A model generated the notes under the pieces. The model saw nothing but the letters and a program-made list of their open reading frames with translations, did not search any database and was not told where the DNA came from. A stretch of 63,537 nt of DNA, the filler included, from Octopus bimaculoides (Eukaryota), in the NCBI RefSeq assembly GCF_001194135.2. It is 5 parts of 5 records of this genome, joined end to end, with 100 filler letters (N's around TTAATTAATTAA, not from the genome) between each part and the next. Parts side by side here need not be neighbours in the genome. Positions count along the whole stretch, not along the records: positions 1 to 18,595 come from NC_068994.1; positions 18,696 to 37,074 come from NC_068983.1; 3 more parts are not named here. One strand, 5' to 3'. Shown one piece after another: positions 13,118-24,160 of the stretch. The position numbers and the translations under genes are program-made. Numbering within the stretch: the first letter of the stretch is position 1; each line of letters starts with the position of its first letter.

Positions 13118-13613
13118 GCTGCCAACAACAACAAATATTGCAGAGACAAGCCAACGAAGAAGCTTTTACGACATACTAGAAATGGCGGCATTTATTGCTA
13201 ATCGATTTTTCAATCGATTAGCAATAAATACTAAATCATATGGTTATTCATTTCATTTCCTTACAAACAGGTTGATTAATCCAACGACCAGAGCTAACAT
13301 AAATCACAACATCATACGTATGGCTTACTGTTAATTAACTAAAACCAACATTTTTGCTAAAGTACAAATTTTGCAAAATTACTTTTGATGATGTTGACTT
13401 CTTACCTTTAATTAAGTTAGTATTAATTAAAGCTAAAATGTTATTTAGAATATGAAGTTTTAGACCTTTTTTTACGACATCTCAAACCTAACTGAAAGCT
13501 TAAGCTTCGCTGTCACTGGGAAGCGAGCAGCGAACATAAACTGGTTATCTTGTACCAGGCTTTTGCTAGACTTTTATGCGCCCTACGTGATCGCGATCGA
13601 CACATCCACCTTT

Positions 13614-14011
13614 CTGAGTTTACCATTAAAGGTAACAATCATTAACCCACTGTCAGGTACTGGATTAACACCCATTAACTCATTGTAGGCAACTGAATTT
13701 ACCTTTAAAGGTCACATAGAGTAACCCACTGTCAGGCACTGAGTTAACATCTATCAACCCACTGTCAGGGACTGAGTTAACAAATATTAACCCACAGTGG
13801 GCAACTGGATTTACCATTAAAAGTAACATCCATTAACCCACTGTCAGGCACAGGGTTAACAACCGCTAACCCACTGTGAGCGACTGAGTTTACCATTAAA
13901 GGTAACATCTATTAACCCACTGTGGGCGGCTGTGTTTACCATTAAAGGTAACATAGAGTAACCAGCTGTCAGGCGCTGGGTTAACATCCATTAATCCACT
14001 ATGGATAACTG
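13614..14011. repeat. Minisatellite made of interspersed 33-bp and 46-bp monomers
   Basis: 33-mer ATTAACCCACTGTCAGGCACTGAGTTAACATCY and 46-mer ATTAACCCACTGTGGGCAACTGAGTTTACCATTAAAGGTAACATCY, about 10 units. Confidence 0.9.
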
Positions 14012-14734
14012 TATGTTGCAACGGAATCTCACCGATGTAACAGCTGCAAGTACCGAGTTGCACCAGCACTAGGAAGGTGCGTATTTTCAACTGAGCAGAT
14101 TGGAGTAACATGAACAATGAATACCTTGCTGAAGGACACAATGTACCGTCTGATATAAAAAGCGAAACCAGTTCCCTAATTATTAGTTTACGCTCCTTCA
14201 TAAATTAACTTAATAAAAGCACATATTTATAAATACTATCTGCTAAAAACGAAAACCGTTATTTTCAAAATTAGCCTAGTTTCTAAACTTATAAAATTGT
14301 TCGAAAAACATCTAATTTTAGTTAATGACTTCCACAATTAGATGGATTTCTTATTAGTTTCGTGTTTCTCTCACTCTATTTTTTTCTTCCTTAGCACACA
14401 GTGTGTAAATGTGTGAATATAAATAAATTTCAAAATTTACGAGCCACCTCAGATTCTATTAACAAACTCTACACGAGCAGCTGCAAACTCTCTTAAATTC
14501 TGATCTTTATTTCAATCTATTATGCATGCACACACGCGTTGGCGTACACACACACACACATACACTAATATTAACCCCGTCACGCCGTAATTCCGCTATG
14601 GGGAAAATAAGTTAAACGTCATCTCTGCCAGATTCTCGGTAAATTGATAATAAAAAACACACGTAGAAAAAGAAGATGAGGCCGATTATGTCCAGTAATT
14701 TGCCTACTCTTTAGGTGTATATGTAACTCTTTTA

Positions 14735-15143
14735 CTCTTTTACTTGTTTCAGTCATTTGACGGCGGCCATGCTGGAGCACCGCCTTTAGTCGAACCCAGG
14801 ACTTATTCTTTGTAAGCCTAGTACTTATTCTATCGGTCCCCTTTTGCCGAACCGCTATGTTACGGGCACGTCAACACACCAGCATCGGTTGTCAAGCGAT
14901 GTGGGGGGGACAAATATAGACACACGAACATATACACACACATACATAATACATATATATATATATATATACATATATACGGCGGGCTTCTTTCAGTTTC
15001 CGTCCACCAAATCCACTCACAAGGCTTTGGTCGGCTCGAGGCTATAGTAGAAGACACTTGCCAAAGATGCCACGCAGTGGGACTGAACCCGGAACCGTGT
15101 GGTTGGTAAGCAAGCTACTTACCACACAGCCACTCCTGCGCCT
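14735..15143 (-). mobile_element. SINE family B, full length with internal (CA/TA) microsatellite
   Basis: Reverse complement head AGGCGCAGGAGTGGCTGTGTGGTAAG...CCGGGTTCAGTCCC (A- and B-box-like), CORE-like ctttggcaagtgtctt, internal microsatellite, 3' end ...gaaacaagtaaaagagtaaaagagt. Confidence 0.9.
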
Positions 15144-15401
15144 ATATTCATTTTTTTTTCTCAGGAATCAGATTAAGGGCCATATTTGAAAGGGTTAATA
15201 ACTACGAATTTCTGTGCGTAAGCCCGCATAGCTTACTGGTTTATAGACTCCAGTACCTCCTGGGGATTTGCCCTCAACAAATGACAGGGTGATCTCAGGA
15301 ATATCTGCAGCACACATTCGATCCACCCTGAAACGCCTATACACATGTATAATCACACACATACACACTCACACATATGCATCCCACTCTCTCTCTCCCT
15401 C

Positions 15402-15441
<40 letters not shown>

Positions 15442-15788
15442 ACACACACAAACACACACATATACATTCTTTTATTCCTTCTTTTATTCTTTTACTTGTT
15501 TCCGTTATTTGACTGAGGCCATGCTGGAGTACCGCCTTTAGTCGAGCAAATCGACTCCAGTACTTATTCTATCGGTCTCATGTGTGGTTTTGCAACGTAA
15601 CATCCGCGATAGTCGAGGGATTACATTTATATAAAAATATACGACATTCTCTTGAAAACAACTCAACTATTTGTTAGCAATACTATGTAGCTATACACAG
15701 ACATGCAGGAAGTAAACAGACACATTTAATTTTCAAAATTTCTGATCTAAGCGTCTTAATATGTTTTCAGCGGTGTAGAATTTACAAT

Positions 15789-16230
15789 GTGATTATTCTT
15801 TTTCATTCCAGGTGCCATTATATTAAACATTTGCGAAGAGTAATCACGCCACGCACAAAAAATTCAGCAGAACTGTTAGATTTTCAAAGAGGTCGTATTG
15901 TTGCGCAATCTGAGGCTGGTCTTAGCCAGCGAAAAATTGCCGAAAATCTTCAAATTACTCTTGCTACTTTTAATAGAATTATAGTGCAATTCAAAAGCCA
16001 AGGAAAAGAATCAACAGATTCTCGTCCCGGCCGACCTAGACCCTCGGAAAGGAAGCTTCACTGTTTGAAGAGAATTGTGGAAAACGAACCCTGTTCGGAG
16101 GCTTCTGACATTGCAAAACAGCTAGAAGTTAGTCCAATAACGTGTGTTACATATCTGCATAAGCTTGGGTATAATGGATGAGCAGCTAGAAGAAAATCGC
16201 TCCTTCAACCAATTAATATCAAATAAAAGA
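15789..16230 (+). mobile_element. Tc1-family transposase remnant, N-terminal DNA-binding region
   Basis: [34 protein letters not shown]...SRPGRPR...[16 protein letters not shown]: paired-like HTH plus GRPR AT-hook; stop codons and truncation before the DDE domain. Confidence 0.85.
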
Positions 16231-16389
16231 TTTTGAAAATTAAAGGTGTCTATTTACTTCTTGCATGTCTGTGTAGTATTCCTTAATTTAATTAAATTGT
16301 AGTCATTCGATCCAAGAAAGACGCTTCTGCAAATTTTGCTGAACAACCTGCACAGGTGATTTTGTTTACGGTCATCACATGTTTTACTG

Positions 16390-16591
16390 CACGTAGGCTG
16401 ACTTTCGCCATCAAATCGACGTTGCCTGAGAAGGTGCACGGTATTCCACGCTTCAGATGTCGGAGTGATCGCAGGGCAACGTAAAATGAATTATTTTATT
16501 CAAGAACACAACGTACTGCCTGGTCCGGGTGATCGACCCCATGATCTCACTCGCAATAATACAACACTTTAACCACTAGGCCACGCACCTT
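16390..16591 (-). mobile_element. D-type SINE head and centre with a different tail
   Basis: gcaacgtaaaatgaatta..ttattcaagaacacaacg...gatcgacccc...tttaaccactaggccacgcacctt resembles 55015-55128. Confidence 0.6.
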
Positions 16592-17018
16592 GTATTCCTT
16601 CATGCTATGCTACAAATACGAACACAAAAAAAACCTTCAATTTCAAATTTAGACGCCCTGTTTGATGACCTCATAAATCATTATGAAAATAACAGAAAAC
16701 TCGTATAGATATTCCAGACATACATAGATATTCATGCTTCTTTTTTATAGATACACACCACATATACTATATATGACCATGTAAAGTATATATATCCTCC
16801 TCCATATAGACCATATATTGAACACAAGCCCAATCCGGTTATCCCTATTGATTCTTCATTATTCTTTTATCGATAATTCCTCCCCTCCACCATTTAAGTA
16901 GTCACTTCCATTTTTAATATCTCTGGCGTATTCATAAACGGAAAAAAACGTCCATATTTATATAGTTTGAATTTTGAGGTTAGTGTCACTATACATATAT
17001 ATACGAATACGTACACAT

Positions 17019-17054
<36 letters not shown>

Positions 17055-17177
17055 ACGCAATAATATATTGGTCTGTGAGTGGTCGTGTATGTTTGTATAT
17101 TATATGTTTTTTATGTGAGCGTGTATGAGTATGTTTGTGTAACCATGCATGTATAATTGTGTGGGTGTTTGTTAAAT

Positions 17178-17219
<42 letters not shown>

Positions 17220-17269
17220 ATTTCTCTATCTTTCTGTCTATCTACATTCATTCATACATTTATTCCAGT

Positions 17270-17425
17270 TCTTTACGTTCTGAGTTCAAATTCTGCCGAG
17301 GTCGACATTGCTTTTCATCCTTCAGAGGTCGATAAATCAAATACCAGTGAAACACTGGGGTCGATGCAATCGACTTCTCCCCTCCCACGAAATTTCCGAC
17401 TTCGTGTCTTTAGTAGAAAGCATTA
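17270..17425 (+). mobile_element. SINE family A, 5'-truncated
   Basis: tctttacgttctgagttcaaattctgccgaggtcgac...cactggggtcgatgcaatcgact. Confidence 0.85.
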
Positions 17426-18370
17426 TTATCGCTGTTGTTTTTCCTAATGTTTTTTGATATCATCATCACCGTTATCAACGTTCATAATCGTCATTTATCA
17501 TTCGTCACCATCATCTTGTTGTCGGTATTATTATCTGCAAGACATATGGTGGTGCCATTTACAAGAAGCCATTTCGGCAAAAAGAGTGCCAAGCTACCAA
17601 AGATCGTAAACCAGTTTACTGGAAGCCACAACTCTGATCTCACTCTTGCAAGGTTTACATTTGTTGAAACTTAATGAATTAAAATTCTTGAATTCGGCGC
17701 TGGAATCTGTATGATTCATAGTCTGAGCTCTATAATCCAAGGAAACTAGCGATGGTCTCGTAGGCAACAATTAGTCAATAAAAGGGATTGATAGAAGGGT
17801 CAGTATGTTAATTTGTTGTGAAGCGTGTGAAATCCAATAGAATTGCTTCGAGCAATACTCTTTATCCGACGAGAAGAGAAACGTTATAGCTTAAGGCTGG
17901 AGGCAGCTGTAATTTATAACGTGTCTGTAAGGGAATATTTAGATTAAAATCTTAACATGAAACCCTAGTGAGAAAAGGGGAGACAAAGATAAAGGGAGAT
18001 AGAGACAGTGAACAAGACAGAGAACAAGACAGAAAGAGATGGGAAAAGAGTGTTAAAGTGAAACCATTAGATGAGAATCAGATAGTAAAGTTCAGCAAGT
18101 TCGTTTGTCGTGTAGGTTCGTCCCTGTTATGAAACTCTTTTATTCCTTCTTGTTTTCTCACATAAATGTGATCTTTGATTCTTTGCAATCTTGCCTTGAT
18201 CGTTTTATGGTTCTTAAAACTGCTTCTTATTAGGTTTTCTCTTCTGTCTTTTTCTTCTTCTCCCATTTTGTAATTCCTAACATAAAAATGGTTGCTTGAG
18301 ACGTATTCTATATTTGTATGTTTGCCGCCTTGTTGGGCGTGGGAGCCACTGAATATATATGTAAATATAT

Positions 18371-18525
18371 ACAGACACGTGTACCCTTAACGTAGTACTC
18401 GGAGAGATACAGTATGACACAGAGTGTGACAAGGCTGGCCCCTTCGTAATACAGGTACAACAGAAACAGGAAGAAAGAGTGAGGGAAAGTTGTGGTGAAA
18501 GAGTACAGCAGGGTTCGCCCCCTAC
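18371..18525 (-). mobile_element. SINE family C internal fragment
   Basis: acagacacgtgtacccttaacgtagt...gtggtgaaagagtacagcagggttcgcc matches 47146-47290. Confidence 0.85.
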
Positions 18526-19249
18526 CCTGCCATTTAGGCTGTGAACCTCGAGACAAGAAAGAATACAACGGTCGCCCATGTTCAATTTACATTATNNNNN
18601 NNNNNNNNNNNNNNNNNNNNNNNNNNNNNNNNNNNNNNNTTAATTAATTAANNNNNNNNNNNNNNNNNNNNNNNNNNNNNNNNNNNNNNNNNNNNTTATT
18701 CGATTTATAACATATCTGTATATAAATTTACATATGTGCATGTATGTGTGTTCGTACGTGTATGTGTATGTGTGTATGTTTATATGCATATTTATATACA
18801 TATACAGATATGTACATACACTCATCTATTCACTGAAATCTCTTGAATTTCGGTAGATTCTAAATGAGGCTAAATATACGAAATATGTATGTAAGTATGT
18901 ATGCTTGTATGTGTGTGTATAAAAATACATACATACATACATACATACCAGATAGTTAGAAGCATGTAGAGAATAGATGAAAGAGTAACTAATATAAAAA
19001 AACTTAAAAGAACAACACAATAGCAGAAAAATACAATCTTACGTTTCACGATCGAGTCATTAAATCTTTGAGTTCACATTAAAGTTGCACTTATATGATT
19101 ACGCTGGTGACTCTTGCATCAATGTGCATTAAAAAATAAGTTTCATGTGTAGGAAGAAAATAAAGGTCAAATATAATAATAAAAAAAAAGGCAGATTTTA
19201 TTTCCGATTCGTATCATCAATTATAATTATATTCTTATTCACGATGCAA

Positions 19250-19610
19250 ATGGAAGTTGTCTTATGTACCGGCGAACCCATGGAAAACACACCTCATCCA
19301 GCTATTCTGATTATATATGTATGTGCACACGTTTGAATGTGGTGTGTGCCAGAGGGTTTGCAAATCCAATGGGGGTCTTAAAAGACATGTTAGGATCCAC
19401 AATGAGCAGAACTTACTTGCAGGTATTGGTAGTGCAGATCAGAGGTGCAATCTGTGTGGGTGTTTTTTCAAAACACTGTCTGGTTTAAAAAGCCACATCA
19501 GACGCCATGAAAGGGCTAAGGTGTAGGTGCAGGAGGTGGTCAAACTCTGTTTAAGGAGTAGACAACCACCATGTATGTATGTATGTATGTATGTATGTAT
19601 GTATGTATGT
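19250..19610 (+). mobile_element. 3' end of a LINE (RTE-like) carrying two intact C2H2 zinc fingers, short 3' UTR and (ATGT)n tail
   Basis: CGVC-x12-HVRIH and CNLC-x12-HIRRH; linker is not TGEKP; stop at 19526 followed ~45 nt later by a tetranucleotide tail; no usable splice acceptor or open upstream frame. Confidence 0.6.
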
Positions 19611-19712
19611 GTGTATGTAAGTAAGTATGTAGGTATGTATGTATATATATGTATTTGTGTGTATGTGTGTATACTCAAATATATACATATAGATATATAG
19701 TCCAAACAGATT

Positions 19713-19746
<34 letters not shown>

Positions 19747-20094
19747 NNNNNNNNNNGTATGTATGTATTTATTTGTGTGTAGGTGTGTGAGTGTGCATAT
19801 ATTGATATATATAGGTATGTGTGTGTGTATTTGTATGTTTTTCCTGTGTGTACTATGTTATGATTGAGTGCAAGTGCTTATATATATGCTCAAATATAGA
19901 GATACTGTATGTTTTTAATTTAAGATTTAGTACCACGATCGTTTGGACATACCAAACAATTATTGATAATACACCGTGAAATGTAAAGCGCTCGTGGTAT
20001 CAAAATATCTCACTATGTATATATCTATATACACACAGTACATACTCTCACACACACCTATATGTGTTTCTGTGAGTTTGTGCGTGTGTGTATT

Positions 20095-20280
20095 CTTTAC
20101 TTATTTCGGTCATTTGACTGTGGCCATGCTGGAGCACCACCTTAAAGAGATTTTTATTGGAAGAAATCTACTGCAGGACTTAGTTTTCGTAAGCCTAGTC
20201 CTTATTCTATCAGTTACGGGAAGTAAACGACCCATAATCGGCTGTCAAACGATGATGGGGGGGACACAAATACAGACACA

Positions 20281-20345
<65 letters not shown>
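20095..20345 (-). mobile_element. SINE family B 3' part ending in (CA)n
   Basis: ttcggtcatttgactgtggccatgctggagcaccac...gtaagcctagt...gggggacacaaatacagacac. Confidence 0.8.
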
Positions 20346-20347
<2 letters not shown>

Positions 20348-23061
20348 ATGGGGCAGCTAGGTAGCAAAGTTACAACAAAAAGGAAAGCAATAATAGTCAT
20401 TATATATGACTGAGTATCTTGGAACACCTACACTCCTAGAAATAAGAGCCAAATCCCTCTATTGCTGCTCTCAACGCACACATAATTGTGTACATACATG
20501 CCGGCAACGACCGAAGATGGCTCGAAATTGGCGATTGTGATATCCCTTTATCGTACGATTTCAGCTTTAGGCAGGCTCATCCTCATAAGTTTCGGCACAG
20601 TTCGCTTCTTTCCGGACAGCCGAGCTACGAACATATATGCATGCTCCATAAAAAAGTTTATGGTTGATTTAGCACATTGCTAAAGTGTATACAAATATTT
20701 AAATGAGACAGCTAGTTAGCAGAGTTTAACCGAAAATGAAATCAATAAATGTCATTAAGTATTACTGAGGGTGTTAGAACATCTACCCTGCTAGAAATAT
20801 GATATATGATATCAACGGCTCACACTGCGGTAATAACAACAGTGAAGGTATCAAATTTGGTAGGATACTGTATGTAAGTACCAAATCCAGTTTAAGCCGT
20901 AAACCTGACTCATGTTTGGTTCCAGGTGTGGTGAAAGTATAAAAAGAAGGCACATTTGGGTTTAATATTTACGACAGCTGTTTCGCTAGAATTTCATTAA
21001 TGTATTCATAGATTACATCATAGCATATCATACATCATCTCCAGATAAAATTTTAAACAGGTATCAAACAGGACAACTAATACATAGATCGTGACGAATC
21101 AAACCAATATTGTTGGATAAGTGACATTTTCAAACAGCCCGCTAAAGCCACTCACACTTTCTCAATGAATTCGTGTATCATTATCAAAATAGCACTCAAC
21201 CAAGACTTTTGTTTAGGTGTATCACGATCGATCTATTATCTCACCTGTTTCATACCTGATTTGAAATTTTACTTGAATATGGCAAATAATTTGTTATGAA
21301 TACATCAATAAAATATCTAGCAAAAGAGCTGTCGTTAATTTGAACCCCATTTACATTCACTTTATGTATGTATGTATGTATGTATGTATGTATGTATGTA
21401 TGCATGCATGCCTGTACGTATGTATTATATATATGTATATATANNNNNNNNNNNNNNNNNNNNNNNNNNNNNNNNNNNNNNNNNNNNNNNNNNNNNNNNN
21501 NNNNNNNNNNNNNNNNNNNNNNNNNNNNNNNNNNNNNNNNNNNNNNNNNNNNNNNNNNNNNNNNNNNNNNNNNNNNNNNNNNNNNNNNNNNNNNNNNNNN
21601 NNNNNNNNNNNNNNNNNNNNNNNNNNNNNNNNNNNNNNNNNNNNNNNNNNNNNNNNNNNNNNNNNNNNNNNNNNNNNNNNNNNNNNNNNNNNNNNNNNNN
21701 NNNNNNNNNNNNNNNNNNNNNNNNNNNNNNNNNNNNNNNNNNNNNNNNNNNNNNNNNNNNNNNNNNNNNNNNNNNNNNNNNNNNNNNNNNNNNNNNNNNN
21801 NNNNNNNNNNNNNNNNNNNNNNNNNNNNNNNNNNNNNNNNNNNNNNNNNNNNNNNNNNNNNNNNNNNNNNNNNNNNNNNNNNNNNNNNNNNNNNNNNNNN
21901 NNNNNNNNNNNNNNNNNNNNNNNNNNNNNNNNNNNNNNNNNNNNNNNNNNNNNNNNNNNNNNNNNNNNNNNNNNNNNNNNNNNNNNNNNNNNNNNNNNNN
22001 NNNNNNNNNNNNNNNNNNNNNNNNNNNNNNNNNNNNNNNNNNNNNNNNNNNNNNNNNNNNNNNNNNNNNNNNNNNNNNNNNNNNNNNNNNNNNNNNNNNN
22101 NNNNNNNNNNNNNNNNNNNNNNNNNNNNNNNNNNNNNNNNNNNNNNNNNNNNNNNNNNNNNNNNNNNNNNNNNNNNNNNNNNNNNNNNNNNNNNNNNNNN
22201 NNNNNNNNNNNNNNNNNNNNNNNNNNNNNNNNNNNNNNNNNNNNNNNNNNNNNNNNNNNNNNNNNNNNNNNNNNNNNNNNNNNNNNNNNNNNNNNNNNNN
22301 NNNNNNNNNTATGTATGTATGTATGTATGCATGCATGCCTGTACGTATGTATTATATATATGTATATATATGCACGTATTATACATATATGTGTGTGTAT
22401 GCAAATACAGCTATTTGTAGTCATTCTTAGCAATTTTACCTTTTTTTTTCAACCACAAAATTTGTTAATACGCATAAAAAATCATTTGAGGGGTTGAAAT
22501 AAAAATAAACCCATGGTTTGTTACTTTTATACAACGTCATCTCCCGATTACATATATGCTCCTCCCCTCAACTTACAAAGGCACACGCATATACTCACAC
22601 ATAAAAACCCATATATATGCACGTACATACATATATACATACAGACAGACATACAGACATATACATACATACCTATCACACATATGTGTCTTGTTTATGG
22701 ATATTTCCTGCATATTGTGCAAAACGAAGTCACCTTATACAAAAAAAAATTGTTTGCCCCAGGATATTAAATTTGTATACAAAACTTATGCCAGTTAAAA
22801 GCGAGGACGTCATTAGAAGTACTTCGAACCACGTGATTTCTCAAAAGTGAATAACCGCCTGCTGATACCTGTCAAATGAAATGAATGTCATCAACAACAC
22901 TGCCAACTCTCCGTGATTAGCCTAGGGCCGAGCTACCTGCTGATAGTATTTTGCAAAAAAAAAAACAAACAAAAAAAAAGACAAAAATAAGAAAAGGATG
23001 CAACTGATAACAGTACAAGCACATGACTAGTTCTAAAACTAAACTATCAATCAATATGATC

Positions 23062-23116
23062 GGACGTCATCAGCTATATGACCAGTCACGTGGCCAATCA
23101 CGTGGCCAATCACATG
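23062..23116. promoter_or_regulatory. Candidate cis-regulatory cluster: CRE-like site plus tandem E-box/CCAAT units
   Basis: GACGTCA 23063-69; (CACGTGGCCAAT)x2 then CACATG, 23087-23116. Motif match only. Confidence 0.35.
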
Positions 23117-24029
23117 CCCGACTACCACACCTTTTAGATTTAGTGCACTATCTATATTAAGCTAAACATCAACCATCAATTTCATATGGAATGAATAAGT
23201 TAGTTTCTATCTATACATATATATATATATATATATACGCAAATATGTATACACACACACATATATAAATTATTAAGGTGGTTGTTTGCAATTTGGAACT
23301 GATAGGCAACAAGTACAGTTGTCACTAAATGACAATGGATGTTAGAAAGCACCAGCATTGCTAGAAATAAGAATCAAAGCAACTCTTACTAACGTGAGAG
23401 CACTTTTCTATCGGCTGATAAGGGAGACAAGCTCCCTCCCTGCGATAAGCTTCATGGAGTCATCGCTGAGTTCGTGAATTACAAGCAAGATTCTACTATT
23501 TGAAACTAATGTATGTTTAAACCTGAAATATGCTATTTACAGGGATGATATCGAAAGAGAAACAGAAATCCAAACAGATTGTATTACAATTGTGAACTGA
23601 AGTCATTTGAATTTTCGCGATGTTAATGCAATTATCACTTCCACTATGTTTTAACCATTTTCTTTGATTGTTCTGCTGTAGAATTAAATATGTAAGAACC
23701 CATTTCAAATTATGTGAACATGATATACAAGCCGGTGTATGTAATTTATTTGACATGTTTTAAAACCATGCCCTGCTGAGATTGCTATTACTAATTTTGT
23801 CGCTACTTTTTAATATTTCCAAATCATATTTCCATCTTTTTTATATCTTACACTTGAGTCCTTGGGGTGTGACCATGCTGGGTAACGCCTTCAAGTGGTT
23901 AGTCACCAAGCTTCTAAAGAGGCATAAACAATCCCACGTCGATCGTCAAGTGGTTTTGGGCGGTAAACACAAACACAGATATACACATACACGCATACAC
24001 ACACATGTAATTATTTCAGATTCCATATA

Positions 24030-24160
24030 CCATACGAACTTACAAGGCTTTGATCGTCCCATGGCTTTTGTAGAAAACACTTGCCCAAGGTGCCACGCAG
24101 TGGCGTTGAACCCGAAACCATGTGGTTGAGAAGCAAACTTCTTACCACAAAGCCACCCCG
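24030..24160 (-). mobile_element. SINE family B 5' part
   Basis: acaaggctttg...gtagaaaacacttgcccaaggtgccacgcagtgg...cttcttaccacaaagccac. Confidence 0.8.

Noticed and set aside
18640-18651. TTAATTAATTAA islands inside N-runs (also 37119, 43766, 61803)
   Set aside because: Identical 12-mer with stops in all six frames, always embedded in Ns: an assembly spacer, not biology.
21400-22365. Identical ~55-bp sequence on both sides of a gap
   Set aside because: Most simply unmerged overlapping contig ends.
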